Source of the DNA: a virus
Taxonomy: Duplodnaviria > Caudoviricetes
Length of the DNA: 64,000 nucleotides
Direction: 5' to 3' (one strand)
Virus record (IMG/VR): IMGVR_UViG_3300032280_000753
Span: 77,403 to 141,402 of that record
How positions within the stretch are numbered: the first letter of the stretch is position 1; every line of letters begins with the position of its first letter. The notes below the pieces were generated by a model that worked only from the letters and a program-made list of their open reading frames with translations, ran no database searches and was not told the origin of the DNA. A program made the translations under genes and the position numbers. Positions 57,986-64,000 of the stretch are shown here, one piece after another.

Positions 57986-58969
57986 TCAAAGATTTAATGC
58001 TCTATCATAATCTGCGTCATACATCATATGTGCTAAATCTTTAAATGTGGTCTTTGGTTTCCAGCCCAATATTCTTTGAGCTTTGGCACTATCACCAAGC
58101 AATATTGGAACCTCATGGGGACGATATAAACGTGTATCAATCTTAAGATGCTCTTCAATATTTAAACCGGCGTGTTTAAATACAACTTCAAGAAATTCTT
58201 TAACAGTATGCGTCTCACCGGTTGATATAACAAAATCATCACCTTTTGGTTGCTGAAGCATTAACCACATTGCCTCAACATAGTCTCCAGCAAATCCCCA
58301 ATCCCTCTTCGCATCGAGATTTCCAAGATATAATGTTTCTTGTTTGCCAAGCTTTATATTAGCTGCGGCAAGAGTAATCTTGCGAGTTACAAACGTTTCA
58401 CCTCTTACTGGACTTTCATGGTTAAACAATATGCCAGATGATATATGAAGACCATAGCTCTCACGATAGTTACGGCAAAGATTATGTGCATATAGTTTCG
58501 CAGCAGCATAAGGAGAAGCTGGTGTCATACGTGTCTCTTCATTTTGAGGAATATTAATATTATCCCCATACATCTCCGAGGATGACGCTTGATAGAAACG
58601 TGCTTGCGGACAGATTAGCCTATAAGCCTCTAAAAGCTTCAAAGTTCCGCCACCTACTACGTCTAAGGTTTCTTCAGGAACCTCAAAGGAAACCCTTACA
58701 TGGCTCTGTGCAGCAAGGTTATATATCTCGTCAGGCTTGTGCTTCATAAGCAAAGCATAAAGAGAACTTGAATCAGTCATATTCCCATATTCAAGTTTGA
58801 AGTTTGGATGATTAAAAACTTCTATATCATCAAGGCGGTTTGTATTGATAAGAGAAGTTCTACGCTTCATTCCAATAACACGATAACCTTTATCAAGAAG
58901 AAGTTTAGCTAAATAAGAACCATCCTGACCGGTTACGCCAGTTATAAACGCAGTCTTTTGTATTGACAT
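57986..58969 (-). CDS. gmd: GDP-mannose 4,6-dehydratase
   Basis: ITGVTGQDGSYLA, NLAAQSHVRVSF, YQASSSE, SPYAAAK and FNHESPVRGETFVTRKI. Confidence 0.97.
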   Translation of the reverse strand: MSIQKTAFITGVTGQDGSYLAKLLLDKGYRVIGMKRRTSLINTNRLDDIEVFNHPNFKLEYGNMTDSSSLYALLMKHKPDEIYNLAAQSHVRVSFEVPEETLDVVGGGTLKLLEAYRLICPQARFYQASSSEMYGDNINIPQNEETRMTPASPYAAAKLYAHNLCRNYRESYGLHISSGILFNHESPVRGETFVTRKITLAAANIKLGKQETLYLGNLDAKRDWGFAGDYVEAMWLMLQQPKGDDFVISTGETHTVKEFLEVVFKHAGLNIEEHLKIDTRLYRPHEVPILLGDSAKAQRILGWKPKTTFKDLAHMMYDADYDRALNL

Positions 58970-59943
58970 TATACTCCTCTTACATTTGGATATGTTGCTT
59001 TAAACCAATCACAGGTTTTCTTTAAAGCAATGTCAAATGGAGTATAGTCTTCTGCACGCCAACTTGTTTTTTCTAATAGCCTCTTATTGGAAGATGGCTT
59101 TCTAAATTGACCAGATGGTTTGTCGGTATTAAAAACTAACTTCCCATCGTATTCAAGAAATTCAACAAGCTTCATCGCTACAGAAGAAATAGAATGTTCT
59201 TCCGTGTTGCCAATGTTAAGCGGTTGTTCTTCGTTATATTCTTCTGAAACTTTAAGGAGTATACGGGCAACATCTCCGGAGTAAGTAAATTCTCTCAATG
59301 GTCTACCATCTCCCCATATTTCTACGGCAGGCTTATTATTAAGTTTAGCTTCCCAGATCTTTCTCATAAGAGCTGGAATGACGTGGCCATCTTCTAAATG
59401 AAAGTTGTCATATTCTCCAAATAGATTATTTGGAATGACAGTAACATAGTTCACCCCGTATTGCTTGCGATAAGCTCTTGTTTGCACGTCTAGCATCCTT
59501 TTAGCGTAAGCATAACCGAAGTTACTATCATGTGGAGGACCGAGGTGTAACTGGTCTTCTGTGAGCGGATAGGAGACGTATGGAGCGTCTGGATATACAC
59601 AAGTAGACAATACAGAAACTAGTTTAGGAATACTATGTTCGGAACAAGCTTGTAGAAAATTTACATTAATATTAATGTTTGTAGAATAAAATGAACCCAA
59701 TTCATTTGAGTTAGCTTTAACGCCGCCAACTTTAGCTGCCAAATGAATTGCGTAATTAAATTTACTATATATGCCTTGACCATCAAAGCATTCGCAATCA
59801 GCTAGATATTTTTTGACGCTTCCAAAATCAAGTAGGTTCAATTCCTTTGAAGTTGGACTATAACACGATATGTCTTGGCTTTTAGCAGCGTTATTTAAAG
59901 CTTTTCCTAAAAGCCCTGATCCGCCTGTAATCAATATGTTCAT
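58969..59943 (-). CDS. fcl: GDP-L-fucose synthase
   Basis: TGGSGLLG, HLAAKVGG, STCVYP, YAYAK, HVIPAL and WGDGRPLREF. Confidence 0.93.
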   Translation of the reverse strand: MNILITGGSGLLGKALNNAAKSQDISCYSPTSKELNLLDFGSVKKYLADCECFDGQGIYSKFNYAIHLAAKVGGVKANSNELGSFYSTNININVNFLQACSEHSIPKLVSVLSTCVYPDAPYVSYPLTEDQLHLGPPHDSNFGYAYAKRMLDVQTRAYRKQYGVNYVTVIPNNLFGEYDNFHLEDGHVIPALMRKIWEAKLNNKPAVEIWGDGRPLREFTYSGDVARILLKVSEEYNEEQPLNIGNTEEHSISSVAMKLVEFLEYDGKLVFNTDKPSGQFRKPSSNKRLLEKTSWRAEDYTPFDIALKKTCDWFKATYPNVRGV

Positions 59944-59958
59944 ACTTATATTTTTATA

Positions 59959-60480
59959 TTATAAGCTAGAATTGTCTACGAGATTTCTTTCTAGCAAAAT
60001 ATATGCAAATGATTTAACTGATGTTATTATGTTAGTTTCTTTGACTTTATATTCTTCCGAAATGATATTGAGAAATTCTTTATAGGTTGCCAAATCATTT
60101 GCTCTTTCTACGTCGTCAAAAAGTATGATGCTACAACCGCTAGTATCTAATTTAAATAAATCTAAATGACGCAACATATTGTTACGATTGCCGTATGCTG
60201 GACCGTCCACTAACATTAGGTCATATTTTTCTGGCAATTTTTCTTTTAAAATATCAATGTCATAATAATCGTTTTTAATTGTAGCATGGATATAATTGTC
60301 GTGGTATTTGTTGACCCATTCTTTATTTTCTTCGACTGATACTATATTCCATTTGGTTTTCAGCATCTGTGTGCTGTGCCCGCTTCCCAACTCTAAAACA
60401 GTTTTTCCTTCTGGAAGGTGCTCTATCATCCAGTCAAATACGGCTTTATCAATACTCCAAGTACCAAATACCATTTTCAT
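59959..60480 (-). CDS. Class I SAM-dependent methyltransferase-like protein
   Basis: VLELGSGHST, SVEEN, LVDGP and FDD. Confidence 0.75.
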   Translation of the reverse strand: MKMVFGTWSIDKAVFDWMIEHLPEGKTVLELGSGHSTQMLKTKWNIVSVEENKEWVNKYHDNYIHATIKNDYYDIDILKEKLPEKYDLMLVDGPAYGNRNNMLRHLDLFKLDTSGCSIILFDDVERANDLATYKEFLNIISEEYKVKETNIITSVKSFAYILLERNLVDNSSL

Positions 60481-60487
60481 TCTCCTG

Positions 60488-61393
60488 TCATATTCCTATT
60501 TTTTTAAGACGTTCCTCAGTTAACTTGGTCAATAGATCAAATTTAGAACCGTCTTCCACTATCAAATTCTTTTTACCGCTATTGTGCCAATGCCAAGCAA
60601 ACGTTTCTGTAAACAAAAACTTTTTATTATCTGCCCGATTTTTAAACCAGCCTGCTTCAATATAATCACCTAAACCTGGAGTGTGTTTATTTATACACCA
60701 TTCTGTATTAAAAAATGTTGATGGAAAAATTGTGTATTGATATTGCCTATAGAGTTGAGCAAACATATCTTTGCCCCAGCACGTGGAATTAGGTATGATT
60801 GTCATTTTACGGGCTTCTTCTAGAAGCTTTATAGAGAATTCTGATTCCTTCTTTAGTGAAAGGACCGTGGCGCAAGCTCCTTGGTTTTTAAAATCGGTTT
60901 CGGAGCCCCACATATACATATACTCTTGGTCTAACAGAGGTTTGAAATCTCTTAAGAGTATGATATCCATATCAATCCAAACGCCACCGTATTTATGCAA
61001 AACCAACAATCTTAGTAAATCGCTTTGTAAGTAATGTTTTTCATCAGCAGCCTTAAACATACGCAACTCTTTTTCTATAGGAGTGCCAATAGCTTCAGAT
61101 TTAGCGTCCCATACTCTAAAATCTACAAGGTCTTTAAATCTTTGAATTCTTGGCTCATTGCTTATGTCATAATCAGACCAAACAATCACTTTTGTTTTTT
61201 CTAAATTTTGAGTTGCAAAATATGACATTAGAGATACTATCTCTTTATCAGTTCGGAATTCAGAATATATGTGAAAAGGTACCTTGTCTTCCGGATAAGA
61301 ATAGCTATTATCATTGATAGACTGTAAAAAATTGAGACAGTCCAAATAATTCAAATATAAATTTGGATTATTTTCAAATGATATATCGATCAT
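60488..61393 (-). CDS. DxD glycosyltransferase (GT32-like)
   Basis: SDLLRLLVLHKYGGVWIDMD. Confidence 0.85.
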   Translation of the reverse strand: MIDISFENNPNLYLNYLDCLNFLQSINDNSYSYPEDKVPFHIYSEFRTDKEIVSLMSYFATQNLEKTKVIVWSDYDISNEPRIQRFKDLVDFRVWDAKSEAIGTPIEKELRMFKAADEKHYLQSDLLRLLVLHKYGGVWIDMDIILLRDFKPLLDQEYMYMWGSETDFKNQGACATVLSLKKESEFSIKLLEEARKMTIIPNSTCWGKDMFAQLYRQYQYTIFPSTFFNTEWCINKHTPGLGDYIEAGWFKNRADNKKFLFTETFAWHWHNSGKKNLIVEDGSKFDLLTKLTEERLKKIGI

Positions 61394-62004
61394 AGTTCTC
61401 CTTTTGAAAGAATTGCCTGATATGGTCTGGCATCATCTTTTGATAGTTTTCTGAAGTCCAAATCGTATATGCTATATCCATTCTCAAACAGAATTTCTCT
61501 GCGATGCCAATCTTCATCTAAATGAAATTCTACTTGCCATAGGATATCTTTCGTCTTAAGTAGATTTTGAGCGCCTTCGAACAGATCCCATTCTGCACCT
61601 TCAACATCTACTTTTATTATATCTACTTTCGTATCGGAGAAATACGTGTCTAACTTAACACACGCTACTTCGACGTGGTTTTGATATGGTCTATAATTCA
61701 TATCATGTCCAATGATATTGCCAACGTGACTTTCTGCCGTGAAAAACTTTACGTTTCCATCGATATTTCCAACGGCGCAATTGTTCAGTTTAAGCTTTGA
61801 AAAAAAGCCCCTTTGAGTTGCAATATATTTTTGGTATAAGAAATTATGATTTGTTAAATCAGGCTCGAATGCATGACCAAAATTTAGCTTATCGTAGAAG
61901 TAACTCAATACTTCTCCTTGACAAGCTCCAATATCAGCATAATGCCATTCAGATTTACAAATTTTGTCAAATGCATTGCGTTGCTTTATATGCCAATTAT
62001 CCAC
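61390..62004 (-). CDS. FkbM-family methyltransferase
   Basis: DIGACQG, AFEP and IKVDVEGAE. Confidence 0.88.
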   Translation of the reverse strand: MDNWHIKQRNAFDKICKSEWHYADIGACQGEVLSYFYDKLNFGHAFEPDLTNHNFLYQKYIATQRGFFSKLKLNNCAVGNIDGNVKFFTAESHVGNIIGHDMNYRPYQNHVEVACVKLDTYFSDTKVDIIKVDVEGAEWDLFEGAQNLLKTKDILWQVEFHLDEDWHRREILFENGYSIYDLDFRKLSKDDARPYQAILSKGEL

Positions 62005-62005
62005 G

Positions 62006-62395
62006 TCAACCTCTCTTTTTTACTGAGTTAATAAATGTGCTATAGTCTCTTATGTAGTCTTCTGGGTCATATCCTTTAGAAGATGTGACCATTAATATAC
62101 TTTCTGGTTTAACGAACTTTAAAGTCGTCCACGTCATTCGCTTTTCAAACACATAATCTCCTTCCATAAGGATATGTGTTTCTTTTTCAACACCATCAAA
62201 TAAGCTTATTTCTACAGAGCCTTGTAGACAAAATATTATTTGATCTGTTTCTTTATGTGCGTGTTCGCCTCTAATATCTCCCTCTGGAACGTCTTTAATA
62301 AAGAACATTCTTTTCGGTTCAAAGTTAAGTTTTTTAAATTCAAAAGGATATAAAACTCCCCTGCTATCACGCTTACCTTCTAGCTTAGATAGCAT
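62006..62395 (-). CDS. fdtA: FdtA/QdtA-family cupin sugar 3,4-ketoisomerase
   Basis: DSRGVL, FEPKRMF, RGEHAHK and YDPEDYIRDY. Confidence 0.88.
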   Translation of the reverse strand: MLSKLEGKRDSRGVLYPFEFKKLNFEPKRMFFIKDVPEGDIRGEHAHKETDQIIFCLQGSVEISLFDGVEKETHILMEGDYVFEKRMTWTTLKFVKPESILMVTSSKGYDPEDYIRDYSTFINSVKKRG

Positions 62396-63428
62396 ATTCT
62401 TTATCCTTTACTGAGTTCAAAAATTCTTCTACTTTTTGTATTTCATCTTCAGTTAGATAAGGATGGCAAGGTATAGACAAAATTTTATCAGAAACTCGAA
62501 CACCAACTTTATTATTGTTTATGCCTTGAAGGGCTGTATAGTCGGTCACGTGAGCTTTATAATGAACCATGTGAGGTATACCTCTGGCATTCATCTCTTT
62601 GATTACATCGTCACGATTTTCAAACATAACTGTGAAGAGATGATATACCGAATTAGTATTGAGTCTATATCCTTTTACTATCTTTTTGTAGCGATTGGCA
62701 ATTTCATTTCTTTTTTCATTAAGAGATTCAAACTTTGATAGTTTAGCTAAAACAATAGAAGCCTGCATCTCGTCCATTCTACTGTTGATTCCAACAAACT
62801 CTACTACGCCGTTGTTTTGTCCGTAGAAGCGATACTTCTTAAAGTATTCAGCTTCATCCTTACTGTTAAGGCATATCATCCCACCATCACCCATCGAACC
62901 TAGTGGTTTGGTTGGATAGAAGCTAAATACAGAATAGTCTCCATCTTTCCCGCATCCAGAACCGGTAGATTGGGCACAGTCCTCTATAAGAATATGGTTA
63001 TTGTCTTTGCAATATTTTTTAATCTTATCGATTTGACAATTGTTTCCAAAAAGATGAACTGGGATTACAATACCATTTTTTACATCTGGCAATTTATTCG
63101 GATCAATTGTCATTGATGCATCTACATCAACATAATGAATGTTGTCTGTGATATTTCTACAAGCAACAGACGTAGGATATGCGCCAAAATTTGGCAGTAT
63201 GATTGGCATATTATTGCTATGAAGCTTCTTTACAAGCATCGTAATTGCATCGGTGCAATTTTTAACACCTACACCATATGCAACGCCAATCTTTTTAGAA
63301 AATTCGTTTTCTAGTCTTTCTAGCTTTGGTCCTAGCAAATAGCATCCGGCATTATAAACAGTCGTTAATTCTTCATTAATTTCTTTTTTAAATGAATTGT
63401 TCTCTGCGTATAAATCGACAAATTTCAT
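62385..63428 (-). CDS. DegT/DnrJ/EryC1/StrS sugar aminotransferase (FdtB-like)
   Basis: VHLFG, EDCAQS, SFYPTKPLG (PLP lysine) and NSRMDEMQA. Confidence 0.92.
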   Translation of the reverse strand: MKFVDLYAENNSFKKEINEELTTVYNAGCYLLGPKLERLENEFSKKIGVAYGVGVKNCTDAITMLVKKLHSNNMPIILPNFGAYPTSVACRNITDNIHYVDVDASMTIDPNKLPDVKNGIVIPVHLFGNNCQIDKIKKYCKDNNHILIEDCAQSTGSGCGKDGDYSVFSFYPTKPLGSMGDGGMICLNSKDEAEYFKKYRFYGQNNGVVEFVGINSRMDEMQASIVLAKLSKFESLNEKRNEIANRYKKIVKGYRLNTNSVYHLFTVMFENRDDVIKEMNARGIPHMVHYKAHVTDYTALQGINNNKVGVRVSDKILSIPCHPYLTEDEIQKVEEFLNSVKDKEYAI

Positions 63429-64000
63429 GTTGTTTCTTTCAAATAAAGTTCTAAATGCTTAATCAATCCATATGGTGAAAAGTATTCGTCATACGTCAAC
63501 TTGTTCTCATAGCATATATCTAGAACATTTAAATTTTTAATGTATTGCTCAATTCTATTATGTAACTCACCAATCTCATGCGACTCACAAATAATAGCTT
63601 GTCTTTGCCAATTTATAACTTTTTCCAGGGGCAATTTTAAATCAGAGTTGATTATTATTGGTATCCTACCAAGAGCTAAAGTTTCATATAAACGATATGA
63701 GAAATTACCATTACCTCTTATGCATATACCGAAAAGTCCACTGCGAACGTTTGCTACGAATTCTTTTCTTGCTAGTGTTTTGTCTGATATCTCCGGAGCC
63801 CAAAACCCATTACGATATAAAAAGTTTTTGCATAAATTATAGTTCTTTTCTAGTTCAGCAAAGATATGATATCGATGTGGATCTCTAACGTTGCCACAGA
63901 AACTTATTACAGCATTTTTTAATGCCTTTTCTGTAGGCTTTACGTATTCAAATTCCTCACAGAAAGCTGGCATTATAATTTCATTTTGCCTTATCTTGCT
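63425..64000 (-). CDS. Exostosin-family (GT47-like) glycosyltransferase, 5'-truncated by the window edge
   Basis: CIRGNGNFSYRLYETLALGRIPII; the frame stays open from 63973 to the edge. Confidence 0.75.
   Translation of the reverse strand, partial: SKIRQNEIIMPAFCEEFEYVKPTEKALKNAVISFCGNVRDPHRYHIFAELEKNYNLCKNFLYRNGFWAPEISDKTLARKEFVANVRSGLFGICIRGNGNFSYRLYETLALGRIPIIINSDLKLPLEKVINWQRQAIICESHEIGELHNRIEQYIKNLNVLDICYENKLTYDEYFSPYGLIKHLELYLKETT

Noticed and set aside
595-63888. Numerous short ORFs in the track that lie antisense to, or in alternative frames of, long minus-strand genes
   Set aside because: They are nested in genes with clear motifs and have no motifs of their own; treated as shadow ORFs.
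1-64000. Stop-codon reassignment, as in some jumbo phages
   Set aside because: Recognisable genes are full length in code 11 and end in TAA, TAG or TGA.
1-64000. CRISPR array or diversity-generating retroelement
   Set aside because: No regularly spaced repeats and no reverse transcriptase were seen; the 24-bp repeat has only two distant copies.

Overview
This is a 64-kb segment of a large (probably jumbo) myovirus-type phage genome with T4-like hallmarks. Nearly every gene is on the minus strand and reads cleanly in genetic code 11. From left to right: (1) a translation-maintenance region with a CCA-adding enzyme fused to an extra domain, three CCA-less tRNAs (Asn, Ala, Glu), two hairpin-dense candidate ncRNAs, an antisense endonuclease and a class II lysyl-tRNA synthetase; (2) small accessory genes, several behind leaderless sigma70-type promoters; (3) terminase, an SbcD-SbcC (gp47-gp46) fusion, primase, a DNA methyltransferase, a GIY-YIG nuclease, a RuvC-like resolvase and a gp4/TnsA-like nuclease; (4) a ~32-kb baseplate/tail module bracketed by an exact 24-bp direct repeat; (5) an RNA-ligase-like protein and a late sigma factor; (6) a nucleotide-sugar and glycosyltransferase cluster that runs off the right edge. 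The best candidates for new biology are three inferences: a virion glycosylation system (a subset of tail proteins is strongly enriched in [S/T]-G-S and the glycan cluster lies nearby), capsid-packaged tRNA-repair enzymes marked by a repeated leader peptide, and two unassigned structured RNAs in the tRNA operon. All calls come from motifs read by eye; no database searches were run.
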